Of a DNA stretch of 64,000 nt, positions 19,964 to 29,543 are shown one piece after another. This DNA is from Promethearchaeota archaeon (GTDB lineage Archaea > Asgardarchaeota > Hermodarchaeia > Hermodarchaeales > Hermodarchaeaceae). The stretch is from assembly GCA_048939625.1 (NCBI GenBank), contig JBHLPH010000007.1, positions 1-64,000 on the forward strand. The letters are read 5' to 3'. Below the pieces are notes generated by a model, which saw only the letters and a program-made list of their open reading frames with translations, had not been told where the DNA came from and searched no databases. The translations under genes and the position numbers were made by a program. Each line of letters opens with the position of its first letter. Position 1 is the stretch's first letter.

Positions 19964-20511
19964 CCTGTGGTATCTACTTCTGTTAAACTGTTAGCGTCTT
20001 TACTCGTTATCTTTGGGATCGTATTAAGGAGCTGTCGTGCACTTAGTCTGATTTTGCAGACGGGGCAGCTTCCTTTAGCTTTGATATATTCGAGGAAGTG
20101 CGTTCGGTGTGCTTGCGCTTGGCAGGAAGGACATAATACAATTATTTCTCCCGGGTAAACCCAAAAGCCACAAATTGCACATCGTTCAGCGGTTTCGAAG
20201 GTAAAGGTCTGAGGTTTAATCGATGATAAGGAAGTATGGCAGTTCCAACAAGTAGTCTCTCTCGGACCGTTCCATTTACCACATGAACAGACCAAAACAT
20301 CCACTTGATGCTCGGAGGGTTCCCATTGGCGAGTTTGGTCATCTGACTCTTCGACAGGTTGCCAGGGGTCTTGAGGACTAGTTCGGACATATGATCGAGG
20401 TCGAGATCTACCACTATCTTGGAGTGCCACGCAAATAATGCAAGCCGCAAGGAGAATGATGACAATGAAAATGATGATGATTGGCCAACTGAAGAAGAAG
20501 GGAATCTGCAA
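19960..20511 (-). CDS. Membrane-anchored zinc-ribbon + RING-like finger protein
   Basis: N-terminal TM; CSC...CWNC ribbon; CAIC..CPSC..HRTH..CPVC cross-brace pattern. Confidence 0.82.
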   Translation of the reverse strand: MQIPFFFSWPIIIIFIVIILLAACIICVALQDSGRSRPRSYVRTSPQDPWQPVEESDDQTRQWEPSEHQVDVLVCSCGKWNGPRETTCWNCHTSLSSIKPQTFTFETAERCAICGFWVYPGEIIVLCPSCQAQAHRTHFLEYIKAKGSCPVCKIRLSARQLLNTIPKITSKDANSLTEVDTTG

Positions 20512-20708
20512 GTGCCAACGCCTCCGATATACGAAGAACCCCGTTCGACTAAATTTTGCTTTGGGGTTCCCTCTGTAGGGAAACTAGACAAACTGAATGT
20601 TATTAGGATTTGCTTTTACGGCAAAGCCTACTCAACTAATTTGCAGGAGGGTTATTAATAAACAACAAAAAACCACAATAGGAATCATATTAATTCCGAA
20701 CTGCCGAG

Positions 20709-21512
20709 GTGTACCCTTTGCCCTTCGCAGAAATTAATGATGCTAAAATTTACTTTGAACTTGATGGAAGAGGTCCCCCACTCATGCTTTTTCATGGAGT
20801 CCGAGGGTCCCACCGAAACTGGGACTTCGTACGCCCTCATCTTCGAGACACTTACCAGTTAATTCTACCTGACTCACGGGGACATGGACAATCAACTGAA
20901 CTGACCGAACCAAGCACCATCGATTTGTATAGCAACGATATGATCGCATTACTTAATCATCTCGAGATAGACCAGGCTATTATTGCTGGACATAGCATGG
21001 GCGGATTTATCGCCCAAGAGTTCGCCTTGATGGCTCCTGATCGCCTCAAAGGCTTAATTCTCATCGCAACCGCTCCCATGGTTGATGTGGAGGGTGCACT
21101 TGCACAAATCGAACTTGGAAAACTATCGTATGGTCTCGAACCAAAAGAAGCGGTCATGAAACTCCTCGACTTTGAATTTGTGGACCCCGATAAAATCCGA
21201 AATTCTCCTGATATCCTTGATTTCCTTATTCTTAGCGCAGAAGAAGGTATACGACTAGCAAATAGTCATGGTAGCGCTCAAGGAGCATGTGCAAAATTTA
21301 ACATTCAAGACCGAGTAAAAGAAATCAAAACGCCGACACTAGTGATTGTTGGGGATCAAGACACAACTTTTCCACCCCACTGGGCCGACTTCTATAAAGA
21401 GAATCTGTCCACTGTAACTGCAAAATTAATTAAACAGACGAGTCATAGCGTCCAACTGGAACAGCCAGAGGAACTCGCAAAAGCTATTATAGACTTTGGA
21501 ATGTCACTTTAA
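20709..21512 (+). CDS. Alpha/beta hydrolase
   Basis: FHG, DSRGHG, GHSMGG nucleophile elbow, GDQD, C-terminal His. Confidence 0.93.
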   Translation: MYPLPFAEINDAKIYFELDGRGPPLMLFHGVRGSHRNWDFVRPHLRDTYQLILPDSRGHGQSTELTEPSTIDLYSNDMIALLNHLEIDQAIIAGHSMGGFIAQEFALMAPDRLKGLILIATAPMVDVEGALAQIELGKLSYGLEPKEAVMKLLDFEFVDPDKIRNSPDILDFLILSAEEGIRLANSHGSAQGACAKFNIQDRVKEIKTPTLVIVGDQDTTFPPHWADFYKENLSTVTAKLIKQTSHSVQLEQPEELAKAIIDFGMSL

Positions 21513-21531
21513 GAGGTGATTTTACTCCACT

Positions 21532-22920
21532 ATGTTTCCAGCAGTCTTTGCAATCATCCTATTTATAGCAATCCTTCTACTTATCATGCTGGATGTAATC
21601 GATCATACAGCTGCTGCACTTATTGGTGCAACAATCGCCATCTTTTACATGGCAATGGTATGGCCGCTCTGGCGAGAGGCCGTCTTAGTTGTAGATCCCG
21701 GATCAATCTACGGAACGCTTCCAGCAAATTTCAATGCTTTAGTCTTTGCCTACTTCTTCAATAAATGGGTGGATCTCCCAACCCTGATACTAATTCTCTC
21801 GATGATGGTTATCACAGAAATCGCTAAGGATTCAGGTGTCTTTCAATTCATTGCAGTGAGAGCGATTAAATTCACACATGGAGATACTCGAAAACTCCTG
21901 ATTATCCTGTGTGCTCTTAGTTTTGCTATGACTACTGTTCTTACACAAATTACAACGATTCTAATCATGGGCACATTGACCTTTCTGGCTTGTGATGCCT
22001 TAGAAATCAATCCTGTGCCATTTCTGATTTCAATAGCTCTTGCATCTAATGTGGGTGGCATTACATCTTTAATTGCAAGTGTTCCAGCCATGCTCGTAGC
22101 GGGTGCGACACTTTACAGCTTCCAGTGGTTCATTGTCAATATGATGCCGCTGGGTCTCATGCTTTTGGCGGTCATGCTGTTTGTTGTTATTCGTCTGTTC
22201 AACAAAGATCTTATTACACCTCGTAAAGCACGAGTTGATGACTTGATGGAACTGGATCCTTGGGAGATGGTACCAAGTCGAGTTGTCTTCTATCGAACTG
22301 CCATTTTACTAGTTCTCATAATTGTTGGGTTTATTATTTTGGGATCCGCGGGGCTAACTTTTTTGGTGGCACTCGGTGGCGCATTGCTGTTTGTTGTGCT
22401 AAGTGGTATACGTCCAGGTCAGGTTCTAAAAGAAATTGAATGGTCTGCTCTATTCTTTTTCATCGGGCTCTTCATTCTCGTAGGCTTACTTGAGGAATTC
22501 GGAGTGTTACATGCTATCGGTCATGCAATTCAAGAATTAACCATGGGTAATGCATTCCTTGCAACAACACTTATGGTATGGATTACTGGAATGACGAGTG
22601 GTTTCGTTGACAACATCCCTGTGACTCTAACCTTCATTCCCGTTGTTGGGATTTTAGCCTCAGGGCCAACGCCTATTCCAGGAGGCAGCCTGTGGGGATC
22701 ACTTCTTGCAGGCGCGGTGCTTGGTGGGTGCCTTACACCTATAGCCAGTGCTGCTAACGTTTTAGTCGTCTCGATTGCTGATAAAGAGGATCGTCCCATC
22801 CCTCAACGAAAATTCCTAATTACAGGCGTAATTTTAACGATGTTGTTCCTTCTAGTTAGCACGGGGTATATGCTCCTCCGCCTATTCCTATTTCCAATTC
22901 CTGCTCCTTTTACACCTTAA
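21532..22920 (+). CDS. ArsB/NhaD (SLC13/P-protein-like) ion transporter, paralogue 1
   Basis: SNVGG, IEWSALFFFIGLFILV, SGFVDNIP, GGCLTPIASAAN. Confidence 0.9.
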   Translation: MFPAVFAIILFIAILLLIMLDVIDHTAAALIGATIAIFYMAMVWPLWREAVLVVDPGSIYGTLPANFNALVFAYFFNKWVDLPTLILILSMMVITEIAKDSGVFQFIAVRAIKFTHGDTRKLLIILCALSFAMTTVLTQITTILIMGTLTFLACDALEINPVPFLISIALASNVGGITSLIASVPAMLVAGATLYSFQWFIVNMMPLGLMLLAVMLFVVIRLFNKDLITPRKARVDDLMELDPWEMVPSRVVFYRTAILLVLIIVGFIILGSAGLTFLVALGGALLFVVLSGIRPGQVLKEIEWSALFFFIGLFILVGLLEEFGVLHAIGHAIQELTMGNAFLATTLMVWITGMTSGFVDNIPVTLTFIPVVGILASGPTPIPGGSLWGSLLAGAVLGGCLTPIASAANVLVVSIADKEDRPIPQRKFLITGVILTMLFLLVSTGYMLLRLFLFPIPAPFTP

Positions 22921-23029
22921 TTGGACTATAAATTTCCAAAGAACCACTGAAAAGCTTATTTGACGAATTCCCCTTAAGGAACTATAGAACCATGAATCTC
23001 CATTCACTTCGATTGTCCATTAGGGCGAC

Positions 23030-24493
23030 ATGAATATGATTGCTCCTGCGGTCTTCATCATTCTTATTTTCATTGCAGTCATTTTGATGATTACATTTGA
23101 TATGACAGATCATACCATTGCTGCCTTAATCGGTGCTTCTCTTGCTATCATCTATTTTGCACAAATGTGGGAGCCCTGGCGTCTTGCGCAGATCGATTTT
23201 TACATCGGTCTTGCTGGACCACCCGGCTCACCCAATCATGAGCATTTCATGGAGTTGGCTCTAAGCTATCAATTGCTTCCTGCCATCTTTAATGCAGAAG
23301 TGTTTGCCCACTTTTTTGGTGAATGGGTGGATCTTTCAACAATTATTGTAATTTTGTCATTAATGGTCATCACAGAAATTGCCAAAGATTCGGGTCTATT
23401 TCAGTTCATAGCTGTTAAAGCACTTAGTTTCAGTAAAGGTTCCCCTCGTCGGCTTCTATTGATCTTTTGTGGGATTACTTTTGCAATGTCAACGGTTCTA
23501 GCCACCACGGTGCTCATTATTGGACCTTTAACTATCCTAGCCTGTGATGCATTAGAACAGAATCCAACACCTTACCTCATAGCGAATGCCATGTGTGGCA
23601 ATGTAGGTGGAATTACTACAGTAATTGCCAGTGTCCCCTGTATGCTTGTGGCAGGGGCGACGCTATACGATTTTGTTTGGTTTGCCACGACTCTCTTGCC
23701 CCTTGGTTTAATGCTCCTCGGAGTCACAGGGTTTGTAGCCGTTCGACTTTTCCGTAAGACCTTCAAAACGCCACGACCGAGTCGAGTAAATGACCTAATG
23801 GCCCTTGATGCTTGGACCATGGTGGAAGATCGAAATGTGTTCTATCGAACTGCTATTCTTTTTGTTGCTTTGATAGTTGGATTTGTGGTCTTTGGTACAT
23901 CAGGGTTCACGTGGGTTGTTGCCTTTGTGATGGCTCTGCTCTTTGTGCTACTCAGTGGAATTCCCACTGAAAGAATATTCAAAGAAGTGGAATGGACTTC
24001 ACTTTTCTTCTTTATCGGACTTTTCCTCATCGTTGGGTGTATGGAAGAGTTTGCCGTCTTAACCTCAATCGGAATTGTCATCTCAGTTCTCACGCAAGGG
24101 AGTTCAGCTGGTGCGACCGTGCTGATGCTTTGGCTAACTGGCTTTACCAGTGGTGCCATAGATAACATTCCTGTTACAGCGACGTTGATACCAGTTGCTG
24201 ATTCTTTAACGAGGTTTCAGATTGCACAGGGAACCAATCCTGGAGGAGTTATTTGGGGGTCTCTTGTTGTTGGGGCTGTTTTAGGGGGTGCTTTAACCCC
24301 GATTGCCAGTGTGGCGAATGTTATGACAATGACAGTTGCGAACAAAGAGAATCGTCCAATTTCTTATGGAACTTTTTTGCGAACAGGAGTAATTATGTTT
24401 GTTTTGTATCTCTTGATTGGTACTGGTTATCTCCTCTTACGCTTATTCTTCCTACCAATTCCTCTTCCACCCGCATACTCTATCCAAGGCTAG
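23030..24493 (+). CDS. ArsB/NhaD (SLC13/P-protein-like) ion transporter, paralogue 2
   Basis: GNVGG, VEWTSLFFFIGLF, SGAIDNIP, GGALTPIASVAN; colinear with the upstream gene. Confidence 0.9.
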   Translation: MNMIAPAVFIILIFIAVILMITFDMTDHTIAALIGASLAIIYFAQMWEPWRLAQIDFYIGLAGPPGSPNHEHFMELALSYQLLPAIFNAEVFAHFFGEWVDLSTIIVILSLMVITEIAKDSGLFQFIAVKALSFSKGSPRRLLLIFCGITFAMSTVLATTVLIIGPLTILACDALEQNPTPYLIANAMCGNVGGITTVIASVPCMLVAGATLYDFVWFATTLLPLGLMLLGVTGFVAVRLFRKTFKTPRPSRVNDLMALDAWTMVEDRNVFYRTAILFVALIVGFVVFGTSGFTWVVAFVMALLFVLLSGIPTERIFKEVEWTSLFFFIGLFLIVGCMEEFAVLTSIGIVISVLTQGSSAGATVLMLWLTGFTSGAIDNIPVTATLIPVADSLTRFQIAQGTNPGGVIWGSLVVGAVLGGALTPIASVANVMTMTVANKENRPISYGTFLRTGVIMFVLYLLIGTGYLLLRLFFLPIPLPPAYSIQG

Positions 24494-24502
24494 AGCACTA
24501 AT

Positions 24503-25174
24503 TCAGTGGAAGAAGAACCAGAGTATTCCACCCATTCCCCCAAAGACTATCCAGACTATTGGAAGAGCGATAGCTTGTGCGAGGGCGACAAAGGTGAGAA
24601 TCAACAGGAACGGTCGAGAACCCAGGATGCTAGTAATTAAGTCGAGGATATTTTCTGCCCATTTGAAGAGTGTAAATACAACTACACCCACAATAATGAA
24701 GATGGCAATTAGGATATATTTGAGGGGGATTTGTTGTGTGATGATTTCTGGAATCAGTGGTGCAAGGGCAATGACCGCAATCACAGCGATTAATCCTGCT
24801 GCAAGACCGATTAGAGCTGCCCAGGGCAATTTATTAATGGGTGTTAAGAAGAGCGCAATCCCCATCCAGGCAAGAAGAAAGAGTGTCAGAGGATCTCCAT
24901 AGATGTTTTGGCCTGGAGTGAGAAGAATGGATGCCAACGAAACGAAACACAATATACCCATTGGGATGCCAATGAGTCCGATAAGCCGTACGATTCCCCG
25001 ACGCCAATCTATTGTTGGCTCAGGTTCACTTTTGCCTTCTTCGTCGGCTTTTCCACTATTACTTGAGCGATAGGTTTCACCCATAAGATTATCTAGGAAC
25101 CAACAGAATGCCGCCACTGCGCCTAAGCCAAGGAACAGGGGAGCTAAGTTTGCTAGGAGAATTGTCCATGACAT
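24503..25174 (-). CDS. Hypothetical integral membrane protein
   Basis: About 6 hydrophobic segments; GGAGG RBS. Confidence 0.75.
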   Translation of the reverse strand: MSWTILLANLAPLFLGLGAVAAFCWFLDNLMGETYRSSNSGKADEEGKSEPEPTIDWRRGIVRLIGLIGIPMGILCFVSLASILLTPGQNIYGDPLTLFLLAWMGIALFLTPINKLPWAALIGLAAGLIAVIAVIALAPLIPEIITQQIPLKYILIAIFIIVGVVVFTLFKWAENILDLITSILGSRPFLLILTFVALAQAIALPIVWIVFGGMGGILWFFFH

Positions 25175-25285
25175 ATAGTTGCCTCCAGTCTAAGACTCGT
25201 TTGTGAATTGAGCCTAAAAAGGATTTGTAGTCTGGTAAACATCGAGCTCTATTTTCGGGTTTCTTAAACGGTGCTAGAAACTAAC

Positions 25286-27067
25286 TTAGCTGGCAATCAC
25301 TGGAATGATTTTCATTTCCTTGGCATCGACGAGTCCTTTGTCAGTGATTTTCAGTGCTGGAATCACCGGGAGCGCCATGAAACTTAGTGTTAAGAAAGGA
25401 TGTTCAAGGCTGCATCCTAAGTCGTGAGCAGCTTTACGGACAGATTGAAGTTTTTGTGCAACCTTTTGGACGGGTTCATCAGTAATAACTCCTGCAATAG
25501 GTAAGGGGAGGGTCGCTAAGATTTTCCGCCCATTAACAGCCGTAATTCCTCCCATCATTTGGGAAACCGTACTGACTGCCATTAAGGCATCTTCAGGAGT
25601 TGTAGCAACGGTGATAATATTGTGGCTATCGTGAGCAATACTACTTGCGATAGCCCCCTCTTTCAAGCCAAACCCTCGAATGAATCCTACACCGATATTT
25701 CCGCCTTTCATGTAGCGTTCTGTAACTGCAATGGTCAAAATGTCTCTTTTCGGATCCGGTAGAATGTAGCCATTGGTGGCTTCAAGGGTATGAGTTTCAG
25801 ATCCGGTAAGCAGGCTCCCTTCATGGGCTGTAATCACGTGGACCTTATGTTTTCCATCTTTGGCTGGTAACATATAGTTGAGAACCGTTGGGATACCACC
25901 AAAGCGAACAGTTGTACGCATATCTGGGGGATATTCAAATTTTGGCAGCCTAACCGTAAGGCGCCCTTTCTGGGCAACAACCTTTCCTCGCAGAAGCACC
26001 ATGTCTACATTGATTTTCTGTAAGTCATCGATGAGAACAATATCAGCCATGTTCCCTGGAGCTAAATGCCCTATTCGAGGAAGATTGAAGAAACGGGCAG
26101 GATTGGAGGTTACCAGTTGAATTGCGACAAGAGGATCAATTCCTGCATCGATTGCACGTCGTAGGTTTCTATCGAGATGTCCCACATCCGCTAGTTCCAC
26201 AGGAGATAGATCATCTGAACAAATCGTGGCTCGGCGTAGGTCGCGTCCTTCCTTGTAGAGAGGAAGGAGGATATCGAGCATATTACGGGCTATCGATCCT
26301 TCCCTTGCCATGACAGTCATGCCTAATCTAAGCCGGTCGATGGCTTCCTCAGCAGTTTCACATTCATGGTCTGACATTATGCCTGCAGCAATGTAGGCGT
26401 TTAGCTTCTTGCCACTCAAGCCTGGGGCATGACCATCGACGACCTTACCTTGACTCCGGGCAAATTGAATTTTTAGGTGTATATCTTCGTCGTTATTGAG
26501 TACGGCAGGAACGCTCATCACTTCGCCCAGTCCAATGATTAAGGGGTCTTGGAGTAACCGGTCAACAGTGAACGCATCCAGTTTTGCCCCTGAGGTTTCA
26601 AGCGCAGGTGGAGCCGCTGGAACACAGCTGGGCACTTCCATGAGAATACGGATTGGAAGGTCTCGAGCTTCTTCCATGAAAATTTCTATTCCACGAATGC
26701 CAGTTACATTAGCGATTTCATGAGGGTCAATGATAGCTGTTCCTGTGCCATGGGGGATTACTGCTCGAGCAAATTCTGTAAGGGTGAGCATAGTACTTTC
26801 AACGTGGATATGGGATTCAATGAATGCAGGTGCAGCGTATCGACCCAATCCCTTGATGACCTTCGTCTTACTCCCAATCAAATCTGAAACATCGCCAATA
26901 CGGCATATGGTGCCTTCTTTGATGGCGATTCCCCCTTCTAGAATTTCTCGGGAGATGACATCAATGGGTTGAACATCCTTAATTACCACATCTGCTTTGA
27001 TTCGTCCCATACTTGCATCAATTAGCGTTCGCTGGCTCATCGACTTTTCACTCCTGCTCGAAGCCAA
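25286..27067 (-). CDS. ade: Adenine deaminase
   Basis: HIHVEST, DPHEIANV, DGHAP, SDHEC, REGS, AHDSHN. Confidence 0.95.
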   Translation of the reverse strand: MASSRSEKSMSQRTLIDASMGRIKADVVIKDVQPIDVISREILEGGIAIKEGTICRIGDVSDLIGSKTKVIKGLGRYAAPAFIESHIHVESTMLTLTEFARAVIPHGTGTAIIDPHEIANVTGIRGIEIFMEEARDLPIRILMEVPSCVPAAPPALETSGAKLDAFTVDRLLQDPLIIGLGEVMSVPAVLNNDEDIHLKIQFARSQGKVVDGHAPGLSGKKLNAYIAAGIMSDHECETAEEAIDRLRLGMTVMAREGSIARNMLDILLPLYKEGRDLRRATICSDDLSPVELADVGHLDRNLRRAIDAGIDPLVAIQLVTSNPARFFNLPRIGHLAPGNMADIVLIDDLQKINVDMVLLRGKVVAQKGRLTVRLPKFEYPPDMRTTVRFGGIPTVLNYMLPAKDGKHKVHVITAHEGSLLTGSETHTLEATNGYILPDPKRDILTIAVTERYMKGGNIGVGFIRGFGLKEGAIASSIAHDSHNIITVATTPEDALMAVSTVSQMMGGITAVNGRKILATLPLPIAGVITDEPVQKVAQKLQSVRKAAHDLGCSLEHPFLTLSFMALPVIPALKITDKGLVDAKEMKIIPVIAS

Positions 27068-27148
27068 TTCCCATCACAAAGGTGACGGTTCTATTTACCG
27101 CCCCATTTAGACATTAAAGTCTAGCGAAAGAACATAGCATTTGGGGGT

Positions 27149-27811
27149 TTACCTAGCCTCAAGCTTGAAGTGTTCTAAAATGGGAGGAAGTAAATCTAAT
27201 GCATTTTCACTTTCTATGACAACGTCCGCCGCGTGAGCCACTTCCTCTTGTATCGGATTGAACGCAATGGAAAAACCGGCAGCCTGAAACATTGGAATAT
27301 CATTCTGTGAATCACCGATTGCGACACAATCGGTAGGGGATAGGTGCACTTCCTGAGCTATGTCCTTCAACACCTTGTCTTTATTATCAAATGCAACGTG
27401 AACTTCGACGCCACAAATTTTGCCTTCTCCATCCGTGACTAATTTGTTGGCTTTGCTGATATCTATTCCAAGGAAGTCTCGAGCTCGATCAGCAAAGACA
27501 GAAAGCCCCGAACTGATAATGGCTGTGTAAATTTCGTGTTCACGAAGGGTTTTGATTAACGGTTTCACATTGGGAATAAACACCAATCCCTCATCAATTG
27601 CTTCTTGGATACGTGCTAAAGGAATTCCATGCCATAATTTAACATCAAGTTCTGCCCACCGGACATAATTAATTTCTCCAGCATAATATTGGTCGGCATT
27701 CGGTTTTGCAGCTTCCAATGTGCCAAGGAGGCGGTGAATCCAACTCCAGGCACTCCAGATTCTGACTAGAGTTCCATCTAAATCAAAAGCGACAATTCCA
27801 TGGGGTGGCAC
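27149..27811 (-). CDS. HAD-IB phosphatase (phosphoserine-phosphatase-like)
   Basis: FDLDGTL, ISSG, GDSQND. Confidence 0.9.
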   Translation of the reverse strand: MPPHGIVAFDLDGTLVRIWSAWSWIHRLLGTLEAAKPNADQYYAGEINYVRWAELDVKLWHGIPLARIQEAIDEGLVFIPNVKPLIKTLREHEIYTAIISSGLSVFADRARDFLGIDISKANKLVTDGEGKICGVEVHVAFDNKDKVLKDIAQEVHLSPTDCVAIGDSQNDIPMFQAAGFSIAFNPIQEEVAHAADVVIESENALDLLPPILEHFKLEAR

Positions 27812-27877
27812 GATGCTTCCTCAGCCGTCCTCATGTTCGATTATCGAATTAAAGCTTTAGCACTGTTAAGTTATCAA

Positions 27878-29395
27878 TCAAACCCATGGGAAGAAATAAT
27901 GGGGATAATACACAGGGTAGAAAAGGAATAGATAAAAGAGCATATAAATTAGGAGAATGAAAAACAACAAATACGAAACCCAACGACCTTGCATTTGAAG
28001 TTTTTCTAAAGTTGATTCATGAGGTGTTGGATTCTGTTGCCAATTCCGGAACTGCTCAAAGAGCGCAAAAAACGGAAGCCCGAGGCAAATCAGGAGAAAG
28101 ATAGTTTTGTATTTCAAAAGACCATACCAAAACAGGTGAGTAAAGAAACCCACTGCACTGTAGAGAAGCAACATTCCAGCAGCGATGAGGATTATTCCAA
28201 GCTTGGATGATTGCTTAGGTCCAATGTAGACAGCGGTCGTTGTGACTCCCGCCTCTGCATCTGCACGATAATCAGCAGCGGTATGAATGCAATGGGTGCC
28301 CGCATAAAACACTCCTGCCCCCACAACAAGTATTAATGGGAGTTCAGGAATTCCTCCAGGAAACCCACTAAAAGAATATTGTATCAAAATCACCCACGCT
28401 GATAGGATGGCCCATGAACCAAAGGCAAGGCCAATGATTAGCAAGTCTAAGAAAGGTCGACTTTTCAGGCGGATTGGTGGAAAGGAATACAGTATTGCAA
28501 AAAAGATGGTACTTGCTAATACAATCACAAACAAATATCCAGCAAATGCTCCAAGCAACATTCCTAGAAGTAGTAAACCAACCGAGAGTAACCCCGCCTG
28601 GTAACGACTAATACGTCCTGAGGTAATAGGTAAACGTGCTTTTTTCGAGTTTAGTTGATCAGTATCGATGTCTCCGATTTGATTCAAAATGAATGAGGTT
28701 GAGTTAAAAATAATCACTGCACCTACTGCAACCCCTAGTCTTAACCATGTGAAAGGATAATAGACCAGAATATGGGGAGGGGCACTTAATGGTGGTCCTG
28801 CAAGAATAAGGAAGCCAAGTATAAGTAAGAATAATGAGCCAAGCCAAACGGAAGCGCGTGTTAATCCTGTAAAAATTTCCCACCATCGAATTGGCTTTGT
28901 TACACCGGTCGCCACTTCGACTTTGCTAGTCCTGATATCGTATGGAGAAAAGACTTTCAAGTTGATCCAAGTGAGGACAAGAAAACAAATTCCCAGCACA
29001 AGCATTACCCACGGATTCAGTGGTGGCAATACAAAAACCCACAACACATTCATCAGCAAGGGATTACTGTCTTGGAGTTCTAACCAAGGATGACCGATTT
29101 GAAAACCAGCAAAAGTTTGACCAGCAGATGCTAAAAAGATGACGGCCATGATTATGTAAATAAGGCTGTCGTATCGATACCGCCAACGTCCAAGAACTCC
29201 TCGCCGAATTAAAAATATCCCACTCAAAAATCCGAGAATTGTTAGAATTAGGAATCCACCATGTAGATAGAGCTTTTGCATTATTTCACTGGATAAGAAA
29301 GCGCCTAACAGAAATTCACTAGTCATTCCAACAAGAAGGACTCCCAGCCCTGCAAGAAAATAGGCAGCTGCAATCATCCAGCGTGCTAGTTTCAT
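27878..29395 (-). CDS. UbiA-superfamily prenyltransferase with extra N-terminal membrane domain
   Basis: NQIGDIDTD, RLPITSG, YSFPPIRLK, HTAADYRADAEAG; about 170-aa N-terminal multi-TM extension. Confidence 0.85.
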   Translation of the reverse strand: MKLARWMIAAAYFLAGLGVLLVGMTSEFLLGAFLSSEIMQKLYLHGGFLILTILGFLSGIFLIRRGVLGRWRYRYDSLIYIIMAVIFLASAGQTFAGFQIGHPWLELQDSNPLLMNVLWVFVLPPLNPWVMLVLGICFLVLTWINLKVFSPYDIRTSKVEVATGVTKPIRWWEIFTGLTRASVWLGSLFLLILGFLILAGPPLSAPPHILVYYPFTWLRLGVAVGAVIIFNSTSFILNQIGDIDTDQLNSKKARLPITSGRISRYQAGLLSVGLLLLGMLLGAFAGYLFVIVLASTIFFAILYSFPPIRLKSRPFLDLLIIGLAFGSWAILSAWVILIQYSFSGFPGGIPELPLILVVGAGVFYAGTHCIHTAADYRADAEAGVTTTAVYIGPKQSSKLGIILIAAGMLLLYSAVGFFTHLFWYGLLKYKTIFLLICLGLPFFALFEQFRNWQQNPTPHESTLEKLQMQGRWVSYLLFFILLIYMLFYLFLFYPVYYPHYFFPWV

Positions 29396-29543
29396 CGTTC
29401 TAAATGAATGCCATTATGCTCTATATAACTAACCAACATATTCGCTATAATCTGAGATGGAATCCTGTTGTCGAATAGCAGGAACTTAAATAGAGCCTCT
29501 CATTCCCTTATGCCAGACATTGACTCTGGGTTGTTGGCTAACG

